A DNA stretch of 64,000 bases from Callorhinchus milii. Lineage: Eukaryota. Positions within the stretch are counted from its first letter, which is position 1, and each line of letters opens with the position of its first letter. The stretch spans positions 88,660,001 through 88,724,000 of the forward strand of contig NW_024704744.1 of NCBI RefSeq assembly GCF_018977255.1, in the 5' to 3' direction. Shown here piece after piece: positions 36,165-48,797 of the stretch. Position numbers and translations under genes: made by a program. Below the pieces are notes generated by a model, which was not told the DNA's origin, did no database searches, and worked only from the letters and a program-made list of their open reading frames with translations.

Positions 36165-36480
36165 TCCCAGTACTTGGAACTCATATAGCCTATCTGACAC
36201 TCCAACGAAGTGCTCAGAGGACTCTGCATTATTGGAGGTGCCATTCTTTGAATGAAGGTTTAAAATTAAGTTCCAATTTCCCTGTTCAGTGTAGCACTAT
36301 TCGAAAAGTGAAGGGAGTTTCTCCCGGAGTTTTGGCCAACAATCCGTCATGTAAAATTGGATCATTCACTTCATGGTCACTTATGGGACATTCCTATGCA
36401 CAAACTGGCTGCCACGTCCACCCACATAAAAAAAAAGTATATCCTGTGAAGTGATTTGAGACATCCTTCCAATATGAAAG
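36165..36480 (+). mobile_element. Old Deu-type SINE, degraded
   Basis: gcactattcgaaaagtgaagggagtttctcccggagttttggccaac, gggacattcctatgcacaaactggctgcc. Confidence 0.65.
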
Positions 36481-36561
36481 AAACCATATCAACATCAAGG
36501 GAGTGATGAAGCACGAAAATGGATGCATTGTGAACACTGCAGTCATTGGAACAAAACGTAC

Positions 36562-36678
36562 TTGTTTTAGGGGTGAGATACACACTCAGTGCAGTAATAG
36601 CATCGTTTGAAGGATCGTGATAAAGTTCAGTAACCAGAAGATCATTATCCTTCATTCTCAAAGGGAATTTCTGCATAT
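36562..36678 (-). CDS. KCTD3: KCTD3 exon 12
   Basis: 117 nt, phase 1-1; [39 protein letters not shown]. Confidence 0.96.
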
Positions 36679-36973
36679 CTGTAAAACAAAGAGAGAATCA
36701 ATGCAAACTATGTACATGCTTTATTGTTTTAGGTGTCGTCACTGACATATGTACAGAAACTAGATTTACTAATTCATTCTAAAACAAAGATCATTTATTT
36801 TCTTACATGAAAGCTCCTATCATCTGCATATTTACTCAATGAACTGCAGATGGTTGTCTTGCAATTTTGCTCGGAAAACATCAAGACAACCATTGTGATA
36901 TTGTACTGTTTCTAATGGTGCACTCCCAAGAGCTTCACACAACCACACACCACTCACACACACACACCCTTAC

Positions 36974-37061
36974 CTATGTAATATATTGATCCATTATTAC
37001 AGCCCAACAGGAGGAACGACCCTGCAGTATCATAACTTGTAATGGGAACAACTTCCTGAAC
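36974..37061 (-). CDS. KCTD3: KCTD3 exon 11
   Basis: 88 nt, phase 0-1; [29 protein letters not shown]. Confidence 0.95.
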
Positions 37062-37541
37062 CTATAAATTTAGAGGAAGACATTTCAATGTGGCACTTAT
37101 AACTGAAAAGACACATCAGTCACAATATTCCAAACTTGGGACAAATTTTGCATTCACTGCAAAAAAAGTTTTACAAAAAATTATTTGACAAAGGTGAATC
37201 TCACCTCATCTATAGAATTCTGTCAATTAATTAAGTTCTTAATTTAAAAGAACAAAAATTAATAGAACATGACTAAGTGATCTTGAACCAAAAAGTGGAT
37301 TCAAATTAATAGTGCAACTCTTTCTTCTTCTTCCTCCCCCACTTCCCCCCACAACTTAATTACTCCTTAACAAGTTAATTATTCTTATTATTGAATATCA
37401 TTTATATTAAATATATAAAAAGTTTTTCAAAAGTGTTTTTATTTCCTTGCACTTCTACAGCTAGCCAGCTGAGAACAGATGCACAAGATGATGTAACCAA
37501 GAATATAGAGGAAATAAATTAACAGTGATGTTGGGACCAGT

Positions 37542-37728
37542 GAGGAGAAATTCCACTGGGGACTCATTTATGCACCATGGTAGGTGCATGAATTAGACCT
37601 AGGTTCTTTTAAGAATTACAGAAAATCAGATTTGAAATTAAGACCGAATTCAACAATTTGTCAATTTGACAAATTCTGGAGACTCTAAAATGCAACGTAA
37701 AGAGTAAATTTGGGTGGAAGTTCTCCCC
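37542..37728. mobile_element. Short MITE-like element
   Basis: 15-bp terminal inverted repeats (GAGGAGAAATTCCAC / GTGGAAGTTCTCCCC, 13 of 15 match); internal palindrome 37655-37675; related fragment at 20160-20235. Confidence 0.6.
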
Positions 37729-38244
37729 ACTCATTTGCTGCACCGCGTGGCTAACACTACAGGGTTTAGAAATAGTCAGAGGTGAATAGATATCTATCCA
37801 TAAATTACAAGACAGTGATCCAGTTGAAGGAGTTGTAATTCAGCACAACCACAGGAGAATTTCTCAACTTGATTATCGTCTGTAGCCCATTGAGAGATAT
37901 CTGCTATTGTGCCTAATGCATGATAGTCTGGGACTACACAGCCTTCATTAATCCCTCTTACTGTTCAAAGCACAGACTTTCCACTGGGGCTTTGAACCAA
38001 TGACTAAAGGTGCAGTAATTTAATGAGGTAAACCTTCAAGATGGACTGGATCACAGTTTGAGTCACAGTTGTACAGTATTACATTATTTGTTCATTGTGA
38101 ATTGCCACCTTGTATACAAGAGCTATTTTATGTCTGAATTGCTCCTATTTTAGCAAAGTTCTTTCACTTTTTGAATATAGCTTTACGTTTATAGAATTTG
38201 TACATTTTACTGGGGCACAGCATGTGTACCACTATTTTTGATCT

Positions 38245-38598
38245 GCCAGGTGTCTGACCCATGTGGAAGCCCATGATCTTGCTTAAGTGTATCCAAACCT
38301 GAGTTCACATATGCATGCCACTTACAATGGACATTTTCCAGTGTCTCGAATGGAACATACACACTATTCCTGGAGGGACACTCTCTGCTTACCTAATTCC
38401 AGAGAGCATTCGGCTTAGCTTAGTGTGAACTGAGGCTTAGGGACTGTATAGTGTGCATTTGGGTACTGCTGGAGTTTAACCAGCAAAAATTGCAGCTTGC
38501 CATTGAGAACATTGTCTGCCAAGCTTTTTGCTGCTTTTCCAGCTAGGACAATCTTATCCGTTAGGGCTTTGGTTTGCAGGGTAACAGGAGCCGAGTGA
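38245..38598 (-). repeat. Unclassified dispersed repeat, copy 2 (inverted)
   Basis: gcttaagtgtatccaaac, ctgcttacctaattc, ccagctaggacaa, ttgcagggtaacaggagc are reverse complements of motifs in copies 1 and 3. Confidence 0.75.
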
Positions 38599-38808
38599 GA
38601 AGAATTCCATCCCCCAGAGTGGCCCCTCTAAGTCCTGCCCAGGGTGTTATCAAGAGATAAAATTATCCGAGATTGTGAAGGCAAGGAGATGCCTTCTTAA
38701 ATAGCTCTGGGGACAAACCTGCTTCATGAATGGACCACAGGGTTGAAGACAGTAGTGGATGCAAAAGAAAACAGGATAGAAGAAACTGCCTTTTGAAAAG
38801 TGTCTCAC

Positions 38809-38924
38809 CTGCCAATGTTGGGTGACTGCATTCCACACTCCCACTTTCCCAGTGTGACTGGTAGCCACCAGCTGGTTTCCAATAAAGAAGAGTGCATCCA
38901 CTGGGACTCCAAGGCTGAAAACAC
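38809..38924 (-). CDS. KCTD3: KCTD3 exon 10
   Basis: 116 nt, phase 1-0; [39 protein letters not shown]. Confidence 0.96.
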
Positions 38925-39919
38925 CTACACATTGAAAATACAGTCAGTCACTGTGGCTCTACAGAAACCTGGCACTCCAGAGCTAGCAGCACTATAACTG
39001 ACTCCTCTACTGGATCAGGCACTTAGGCACAGCGCCATTGGATAACTTTAATGGTCGGAATCCTCTTAGTTTAAAGAAAATATGATTCTCTCCATCATGA
39101 TTTTCAAACAGAAGAAATGAACCATTTCTAAATAACCTCTTAGGTTAAGGGGCTTAGCTTTTAATAAGGTGGAAGACTGGTTGACAGAAGTTTGTAATTG
39201 CTGCTTTTTAGGTTTGCCATGTATTGGTGGCCTGTTACATTCCATTACTTCAAACTCTCTTTTCTCTCCCCCACCCCTCCCTTCTCCACAGCTGTTCAGT
39301 GGGGTTGGATTGTGAGTTCGAAAATGATGCCGATTCCACGTTTTTTTCTGCTGTGCAAGGTTACAAAGGAACAGAGGAAAAAACGAACACAAAGCAGGTT
39401 GATTCCTCCAGAGGGAAAAGATACTTAAGAGAAAATTATTCACGACAGCATGTGGGCTCCTTCCATACTCGAGGGTGTCTCTTCTGTTTAGCTAAAGCAG
39501 TCTTAAAAGCTGCAAGGAAGAAAAAGCACTTCATAAAGAATGACAGGAATGCTGCCCTGAGGGGAAGTATCAGGCCAGACAAAATATTCTGAGGAGCAGA
39601 GGGAGAAGGTGTCTGCAAGTAGTGTGGAAACTGTAAAATCACTAGGGATAGATTTCAATGTGGCAAAGTGCTAGTTTCTTTCAGGAATGCTCTCTGTATC
39701 ACCTTTCCTACACTACCCAAAGCAGCTTCAGTATTCTGTACAATTTGACTTGTCACACAAGCACATCCTTTGATCAACATGGGTGAAAGAATCTTAAAAA
39801 AGATTCAAAATCTTAGCAGCCCAGTAAAAATAATGGCAAAGAAAGAATAGAAAAAGTGAGGGTGTGCTTAGGCTGCTCTTACATATCCCTTTGCAGCCAG
39901 TGTCAGAGTGGCAGTCCAG

Positions 39920-40260
39920 AGTGGAGTCCTGCAGTTTAGTAGTTAAGAACACTCACCTCGCAAGTGAGAGGATTCCCTAGGTTCGATTCCCAGGTAGGGC
40001 GAAACATTGGGCAAGTTTCATTACTCCATATGCCTCTGTTTACCTAGCAGTAAGTAGGAACCCAGTTGTTAATCGATTGGTGGATCGCTTTTTTTGGACT
40101 CAATTTGGACTGTTTGTGGGACACTTCTGTCGCAATTGGCTGCCACATTTTGCCCACAAAATATACAGTCAATTCACTTTACAGTATATTCTATGAAGCG
40201 CTTTGAGGCATCTCAAAGATGTGATAAGGTGCTATATTAAATTCAAGGATTATTATTATT
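39920..40260 (+). mobile_element. tRNA-derived SINE, variant subfamily
   Basis: Same head (ggttcgattccc B box, gggcgaaac) and tail as the 14638 copy but a different centre (tgcctctgtttacctagcagtaagtagg...). Confidence 0.85.
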
Positions 40261-43200
40261 AATCATGGGATTACAACTGTAGGAATGGCTCAGTGCTCAC
40301 GTTTACTACCTCAGACAGAACATGACACTAGCAGTGAGCCTCTCAGTGGCCTATCAGACAGCTCAAGTGACATTTTCATTTCCTTAAAAAGAAAGATACT
40401 TCTACATTAATTTTGTTTTCTCAGTGCATCTCTTTTGTGACAGGGGTCGGATTCTGTAGTTACTCCACATCAATGTTTTTTNATTAGTTCAGTCCATGTT
40501 TGTTAGCCCATTGGTCCAATCTGTGTATGTTACAAGTACTCAAATTAAATTTAGGATTCCCTTTAAACTCTCAATGATTTGCACAAAAACAAAAGTACAA
40601 GGAGGCTGTAGGAATTTAATTTTAACTGTACATTTAAACCACCTTCACTTCTCAGAAGGTTACTTTAAAGAAACATTTTGATATAATTAGAAAACAATTC
40701 CAAAACACAGATGGTATCTACACACATCCAAGTAAGATTCACTGATGGGTAGGACTGTAACAGCAGCAATTGGAAGAAAATTACTCCTTTTGAAAATAAG
40801 TTCCTCAACCTAGACCTAGGAGCAGATTTCTTTTAAAAAAAACTACCCTGCATTCAAGCCTCAACTCTTCAGAACAAGTGAGAATATTCCAAATATTTCT
40901 GCCTAAGAATGTCCACCATACACAATTCCAATCCCAGCTTCCAGCACGTCATGTATCATGAATATTCATGTCAATTAAACAATGCTGCAATTTACATAAA
41001 CATCTGCCACGCATATTAAAAGCACTTTTACCAATTGTATACTGACAACTGGTAACTTGTAATAAATTCACCTGGGGACGGGGTGGCCTCTCACGAGCCC
41101 TCGAACGGAGTGACAGACTCACAGGCAGCTACCGTAATGGTGATCACTTGCTTTAATTTATTTTCAAAATATGCATTAAAAGCTATTCTGAAATAGATTT
41201 GGGTTGACACTCTAATCTGTCCATTTGCAGCATTTGTCCCTGTAGGAAATGAAACGCCTGTGCAGCTTGCAGCAAAGGAACAATAGCTGTAAAAAGTGCA
41301 GAATCAGGACTTTCTGAAACACCTCCATCTTCAGCATCAGGATTCTCTCTCCAACTAAAGCTGAAGCATCCGGCTGGAAACTTTCAGATTTCCTGAATAT
41401 ATGAACAAAGGATCAGAATGCTTCAGGCAGTAAGTTAAACGCAGAACTAATTCCACTAACTAGCTGCCACTTTAAACAGCATTTAAGCAGTATGCTTCAG
41501 TTTTTCTTACTAATCGGACTGGACTCTCTCAACTTTTTTTAATATAAAAGATGAGGAAAAAATATCCATTCTGTTTAATTTGGGAGCTAATAGGGTTGTT
41601 CCACTATTCATGTTCAGATTAAACTCTGCCCAAAAATCTACAGTAAAGTGTCTTTAGAAGCCATCTCTTCACCCCATCTCAGAGAAAAGACAGAAAAATC
41701 CTCAAAACAAACCAATTCCCATTCATTCCTGCTGCAACACGACAGATCAACATTTCCAAATAGCTGTAATACAGATATGCATGAAATTGGAAAGAGTTAG
41801 TGATAACGGGCATTAGATTTTACATGTTGGTTAAATATAAATGGAAGGAAAAACTTAGTTTGAAGTATAACAGTCAAAACAAGCAGACCTCGGTATAAGT
41901 AGAAAACAAAGAATAATCTTAGGTAATAATCTTACCTGGCAAAGGTATCTGGCTGCCTGCATGAAAATAAAAACTACCAACAAGACCCATGATACAAGAA
42001 AAATTGTCTGATAACAGTACATTCTTTAAGTCTCTAATGAAAGACAAAGCACTTAGTTATCTGACAAAGCATTGTAATCTGAAACAGGTTGAACCTTGAG
42101 TCTGTAGCAGAGGAGGATATATTTCTGTGGGCAGGGCATATACTTGCAGTCCTGACCTCTACCTTTCCACCATCTGCCCTCACGCCTTCCAATCAAGTTA
42201 GAAACTGGGGCTGAAGAGCAGTGGTCAGTTCTGTAAGCACCAAGGGTGTGAGCTTCCAGTTCTCAACCTTAACTTTACTTAAAGCAAACACCTTCCAAGA
42301 CAATAATTGACGGAAACGTTTTTTTCCCTAAATCCCACTGCGAATCTGTTTCGGTCACGCTCCAGTCAGAAAATAAAATATCATATGGGACAAATGTAAT
42401 TATAATAGCAGATAAATTGGCAGTACTGTACTGTGCAGGGGATGAGGAATAAAACTGCATCAGAGAATTTCAGTGGCCTCTGTGAATAAGAACCACTGCA
42501 TCAGGTTTGTACTTGCTTGAAGGTTATAAAGCAACCAAAGTAAATTTTGCGTCAGAAAAATCTACCAATTTCCACAAAACTGAATCCGATGGTATATTAA
42601 CACCAGTTTAAGTGATTTCAATATTTTGGACCAGTCTTATGTTTGTGCCCAGTTAAATACTCACAGGTCTCTCCTTAGGATGCACGTTCTGTCCTTGTGA
42701 TACTCTGTCCTTTACTCAGGCTGTCAGTCATTGAGAATTTGTTGTCGGTAAAGTTTTTTTCTGGCTGAGTTCTGGCATTTTAACAATTGGTTTACTCAGT
42801 CGGTGGTGGGAGGGGTTGGGTTGGTCAATAATGTAGTTTGGTGCTGAGACTGGGAATTTGCCAACAAATTTTAAAAAATGATAAAGACATGTTGATAAAC
42901 AGTGCAATCATGTGAAAGAGGTCACTACGTGGAAGAGGTTTGTCTATAGGTTTTCTGCCTTGGTGTCAGCAAATTCTGGAATTAGCCGATATCCTGAGGT
43001 TGTTGAAATGTCAACACATCTTTTGATGACATAAAACCAGTCAATATACCATTGACTGCTTCCCAATGGGGTCTGGAGTATTGATTTTTTTTCAAATTTA
43101 GATTAGATTTCAAATGGACAAAGAAACCAGCAAATCAATTTCATGCAAACAGGATCTGTGCAAAGTCTGAGTCTATAGCGTTTTTAATACTCTTCACGCC

Positions 43201-43491
43201 TTCCAGGACTGATTTCACTTATCCTGCTCAGATAGGATTTAGCTGACGTTGAAAGGTTAGTGAATGGTGGGAGTTGGCCAATGGCTGGTTGAATCGTTTT
43301 CTTCCCTCGGCACACTCAGGCTCCTTGATGCTCCCATGGGAAGTAAATGCTCCAAAGATATGGAGACGAGAGTTAGTGAACTATAAAGCCGCCTCATTCA
43401 TTCATGTTACCAGGAGTTCTAACTGATGCATGCACACAGCCTCACCTAAGATTAGATGAAAGGCTAATGCCGTACAGTCACTTATACACAC

Positions 43492-43682
43492 CTATCTCAT
43501 TGCCGCTACCACCGTCCTGAATGCTCCACAGGATAATGCTGCTTTCAGATGCCACAGCTACCATCTTGTCCTTATCTCCAAGAGGTCCTCCAACGACTTT
43601 TGCATTCAGTGCCACACGTTCGATGGCCCAGTCCAAATACGGACTGGTGAAAACCTGCTGCCATCCAGAGGACTCCTTTATT
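43492..43682 (-). CDS. KCTD3: KCTD3 exon 9
   Basis: 191 nt, phase 2-1; [32 protein letters not shown]...[14 protein letters not shown]. Confidence 0.96.
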
Positions 43683-44450
43683 CTAGAAATTAACGTTGAG
43701 CATACAATTAGAAATCCTTCAAGTAGTCGTCGCTGCTGTGCACACAACTGAATCTCCCGGTTTAGCAAAAGAGGGCATTTTGCATCAAATTGCACATCCT
43801 ATTTGCTTAGTGGTCCCTAAGCATTCCAAGCCTGCTAAATCTAAGGTTACAATTCGAATTTTAACCAGGGAGCAGGTACAATTGATCTAATAGTATAGTA
43901 ACAAAAGTGCAGTCTTGAGAGGCTTTCATCACCTCACCCTGAAATTAGTTCTTTGTCACTGGTTTCAGACATCTATAAATCCCAACAGAGAACGAGCTGC
44001 AGATAGTAACAATCTTAGTGTTCAGAAGGCATATACAAACTATCCCACTTCTCTCTCATGATGTTGATACAATCTGAACTCCTAACCTTGTAACACACTT
44101 GGGTTAGCTTTCAACACTCTTAGAACAGTGCTTAGAAGTTATGGATCTTCCAGACTGCAAAAAGAAAACAATAACCCACAACCATCAATGAGCTATCAGG
44201 TTCTAAACTCTTGCTGTTACATATCGTTAGGAAACCCAGAAAAGTCAGAACCAATCCATAGCTTCTTGTTAAAAGACAGCCATTATCATGCATTTTTCTG
44301 AGGCTCTTATCCTAACAGGCATTATCCAGAAATACATTTTGAAAAAAAAATTCAGAGTACAGAGCCATTCCCCAAATCCCATTTACAGAGGAGGGATGTT
44401 TGTCCAGGAGCATTCATACCAAAATAGGGATGAAGACTCACAGCAGACAA

Positions 44451-44595
44451 TAACATAACATGTAGGAGCAGGAGTAGGCCATTCGGCCCTTCGAGCCTGC
44501 CCCGCCATTCAATCATGGCTGATCTTCTAATCTAACTCCAGCTAATAACCTAACCCTGCCTTATCCCCATATCCCTTAATCCCTTTTGCAATAAG
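44451..44595 (-). mobile_element. CR1 3-prime end (same family as 7229)
   Basis: Reverse complement of the last about 145 nt of the 7229 and 58150 copies. Confidence 0.92.
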
Positions 44596-44633
44596 CAACC
44601 ATCCTCACTCTGCCCAATGGAAGCTAGCTAGAA

Positions 44634-44812
44634 ATAATAATAATCCTTGCATTTGATACAGCACCTCATCACATCTTCGAGACGTTTCAAAGTGCTTCAT
44701 AGAATACACTGCAAAGTGAATTGACTGTATATTTTGTGGGCGAAACGTGGCAGCCAATTGCGCACAGCAGTGTCCCACAAACAGTCGTGGATTGAGTGAC
44801 CAATTTATTATT
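44634..44812 (-). mobile_element. SINE 3-prime half
   Basis: aataataatccttgcatttgata...gtggcagccaattgcgcacagcagtgtcccacaaacag. Confidence 0.88.
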
Positions 44813-47188
44813 TTTCTGAAGGAATTATTACCCCCGGAAAAGCGATATGGACCTGAATAAGACATCTGGCCAGCAGATCTAATGTGACATGGTTAAAGTT
44901 TAATATTATAAGGATATCTCTGAAGGCTTTATGAGGAAAGTACTTTAGATTAAAAGTAGCTGCTGTTTAAGAATTTTCTACAATTCTACGAGATCTTAAA
45001 TTTGAAGATAAAACAATCTTACAGGCTACGACTTGGAAGAATTTGGTTTTTTTTGTGGGTTTTTTTTAAATTGTGGATCTGAGCTTATAGAAATGACCAG
45101 CAGTTCATCAGCTGCTTAGCACCATCACTGAACTGATACAGATTGGAAAATTTAGGCATCAACATGAATGGACTGAAATAAGCAGAGTTTCTTCTACAGA
45201 AACCAAAAACAATGGGAGCAGTAAATAAAAGGTGGAAATTTGACAAGTAGTGCTGATTTGGCAATCTCTGGATAGTTAGTTGGTGCCTAGCACTGATTTT
45301 TAAAATTTACATTCCGAAGCTGTACATCATGCTGGCATTCAAGCATCTGTGCGCTATGAGTAAATCAAGTGCCCATATAGCTAATACTATCAAACTACAG
45401 CCCCTTCAAACATCCAGTCTACCACTGCACTGTTGCAGCCCTTCCCCTATCTAGCCTGCTAAATTATCCATGGAGTTTCTGACTTTGCCATTACTTCACT
45501 CTCCACCCCATGGCTACCATCACTAACTTTCCCAAAGCTAATCTCTGCCAGTACCAATCCAAGATGCATCGTAGGGCTTCTGGCCAGGAATTAAAGGATG
45601 AAGACTCGCTGAGCACCTCAGAAACATTTCACACTGAACTATGAATTATTATTATGCCAACACTTACATATTTTAAGCTTAATTTAATTTAACAGTAATT
45701 TAAAAAAGAAGTATTCCCAAATTTCTTAAATTTATCACTTGTGCCTGCTGTATTTGCCACTGAGCTGGGTTGAGAGATAATGAGTATGCTTAAAAACTAC
45801 TGTTGGATGATGCAACATAATTCATAGCTTGCCCCTGGTTACCTCAAATATAATCTTCATCCTTTTATCAGTGTCTGCCTGACTTCTCCCAGCTGCTGTG
45901 TAAGATTTACTGAAACCATTTAATTTATGCCAAACTTTCATCTTCAAAAAGTGAAACCGTATTTATTTGGGGCCACATGGGCTCTGCGTAGCTCACCGTC
46001 TCCCCATCTCTAGCACTATGCTGATCCTCCTTTATAGATTTGCAAAGAAAAATCGCTTCTTTAAAATTTCAAAGACCTAAGGGCTTGAACACAATTGAGC
46101 TCCTTTAAAAACCAAAAGACTAAGGATACAATTGAAATGAGGATTCCCAACAGAAGACCTGTCAGACTGTAGATTAACTCCTGGAGTCGACTTGTGCCTA
46201 GCCATAATACAAACTGAAATATTATCACCCAAATTAATTCTTTTCCTTATAGACAAACTACTTGCACTTGTGCTGCTACAAGCTCAACTGAAATGTTAGC
46301 TTCTACTGCCTCCAATCTTGTCTGTAAACTCTGCATACATTTCAATGTGTGAGAAATCAATGAGAACATACAAGCAATCAGATGCTACTGAATTCTTTAT
46401 TCAATGTTCTAATATGCTGGGCCTGTAAATTCCCAACTCTCTTATTAAATGCACATGAACAAATATTTGATGGAACCGATTAACATAGCACAATTTGAAT
46501 AGACTAAGGTGCTTATTAGAGACATAATTCAAGATTTACTATTAAATCCTATTTTATTGACAGACTCTGAGCAAAGTGGCTTTGCCAATGCTACTTTTAA
46601 CAGATTCCTTTTCAATGTCTTGAGAGATATACCGTCCCTTGGTTTGTTTCACCATCTCCTTGCCTGAGTCTGCAGACTCAACACAAAGGAAATCAAACCT
46701 TGGGAAATTGAATCATGAGTGTAATGGTGCAGTTAAATAAGACCTTTGAGGTTCTAGTGTTTACTCTTAGGTATGTTATCCTTTTCTCCATTACTAGTTC
46801 TTAAACCACAAAATCAGAGAAAAAGACTGAAGGCCTCCTTCTGAATCATCAACGTTTGCAATCTAGGCCGGCAGCCAAGAGACAGAGGCCAAGTGAAGCT
46901 CCTCAGTTTACCCTGGAGGAGAAAGGAATGTGGAGAAGACATGACAGAGGCTCATTGAAACTCCACAGGGAAAATGCTGAACCTTCAAATCTGGCCTTGC
47001 AGCAATACAACTGAAAAGGTAAACTGGGAGGGGGCGGGGGTCAAATATGTCCAACCCCTTTGTGCTCTCAGCACTGGTGTTGCATATAATGTCCCATATG
47101 AAGTTGAGCGTGAGTGTGAGAGCTGGGGTGGCGGGGGGGCAATATGGCTCTACAGCAATTAAATCATACTATCAACTATAATTATTAC

Positions 47189-47279
47189 CTGTAACAAACC
47201 ACAAAGTGTGCGTAGGCTGCTACAATCCAGTTATGATGACCAGCAACTATTAGAACTTTACGGGGATCTACCGCTGTAC
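47189..47279 (-). CDS. KCTD3: KCTD3 exon 8
   Basis: 91 nt, phase 1-2; [28 protein letters not shown]. Confidence 0.95.
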
Positions 47280-47837
47280 CTAGCAAAACACAATTCATAA
47301 GAAAATTACTGCTCAACCATAAATGCACGTAAAGACAGCAATGAGGGGGGAAAAAAGCAAATATGGTTGTGAAAGTTATATATTACAGTACCACCACAGA
47401 TTACTTAGAATGAAAACAATTCACGTTCCTGCTATCACTACATCTGTACAGTCCTGGTTTTAAAATCGTTAAGTTCAAGTGTGAATATTCCAGTAGTATT
47501 CCAGTAGCAGTAACAAAGCTAGTTTCATATCAATAGAAACAGACTGATTTCCTCCACTGCATGTAAAACATGTTCATACTAGAATATTTGAAACTGGGGA
47601 AATATTAAACTAAAAATAGTTAAATAATGCATAATATATTTAATGCCTGACATCATTCAGACTGGATTTTGCTGTGTACAAAATGCCTGCTGCATTCACC
47701 TACAAAACAGTTACTACATTTGACAGAATCCACTATAAAGTGCTTGGAGATGTTTTGGCAAAATAAAAACTTTAAAAAGGCAAGTACTTTCTTCTCCTAC
47801 CCCATTGAGAGAAATTGTAACTAACCCTAACCCTAAC

Positions 47838-47983
47838 TCTCTACCCCCTCCTCGCTCCCTCCCTTCCCTCCCCTCACCCTGACCATTTCCCCGCCTGCTC
47901 GGGTCCTGACCCAACTGTACAGCGCCTTGGGATGTCCTTCCGACGTGAAAGGCACTCTATAAATGGAATCTTGTTGTTGTTGC
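47838..47983 (+). mobile_element. L2 3-prime UTR fragment
   Basis: Close reverse complement of 5881-6027; (TTG)n tail. Confidence 0.88.
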
Positions 47984-48011
47984 TTTATATATATGTATAT
48001 ATATATAAAAA

Positions 48012-48416
48012 ATCCTTGCATTTGTTTGATATAGTCCCTTATCACGTTGTTGAGACATCTCAAAGCTGTTCACAGGAATTACTGTAAAATCTGGTGACTG
48101 TATTTTGAAAGTGGCAGCCAATTTGCACACAGCAATGTCCCACTATCTTGAAGTGAATGACCAATTGAATCAGGGGTATTGTTGGCAAGGACACCAGAAT
48201 AGTGCCTTTTTAAATAGTGCCATGGGATCTTGAACATCTATCTGAGTAGGAACACCTTGGTTTAACATCTCATCTTTGGAACAGTGCCCCTGACAATGCA
48301 GCACATCACCCAACATTGCACTGGAGGGATAGCCTAAACTATGAGCTCAAACTATCAAAGTGGGACTTGAACCCACAATCCGACTCAGTGATGAGAATGC
48401 TACCAATTGAGCCACG
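48012..48416 (-). mobile_element. Old Deu-type SINE, near full length
   Basis: Reverse complement has gtggctcaattggtagc A box, gggttcaagtccc B box, gatcccatggcactattt core and L2-type tail. Confidence 0.78.
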
Positions 48417-48647
48417 ATGACAGAGTTGCAGGTGGGCTTGAATTATTGATTGACTGAGGAAGAGGACAGTATACAACGGATTGTTTATACCACTTATGAA
48501 TGAGTATCGACAATTTCACAGTTGACAAACTCAAGCCGAGTTCTGCAGATCCCTTTCACAAATAGCTTCAAAGACTTGGTAATTAAGTGGACAAATTATC
48601 AGACACATTCACAAAGCAAGATAATAAAATACAGCCTCTATCCTTAC

Positions 48648-48797
48648 CCAATCGGGCAGATCCCTCTGCAGAAATGACCCCAGCTGATGTACAAGGAGCA
48701 ACATTTGGGCGAACTGCCCCCTCTGGTGCACTCGGTCCAGCTTTGGTCTCTTGTGAGGGTCCCGCACTTCCAATGCTTCCTTTTCTACTGGGAATAG
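48648..48797 (-). CDS. KCTD3: KCTD3 exon 7 (variable linker)
   Basis: ctgctag|CTATT...TTGG|gtaagg; 150 nt, phase 1-1; AIPSRKGSIG...EGSARLG; phases fit both neighbours. Confidence 0.9.

Noticed and set aside
40482-40482. Single N base
   Set aside because: Assembly ambiguity next to a T run; only a caution for local accuracy
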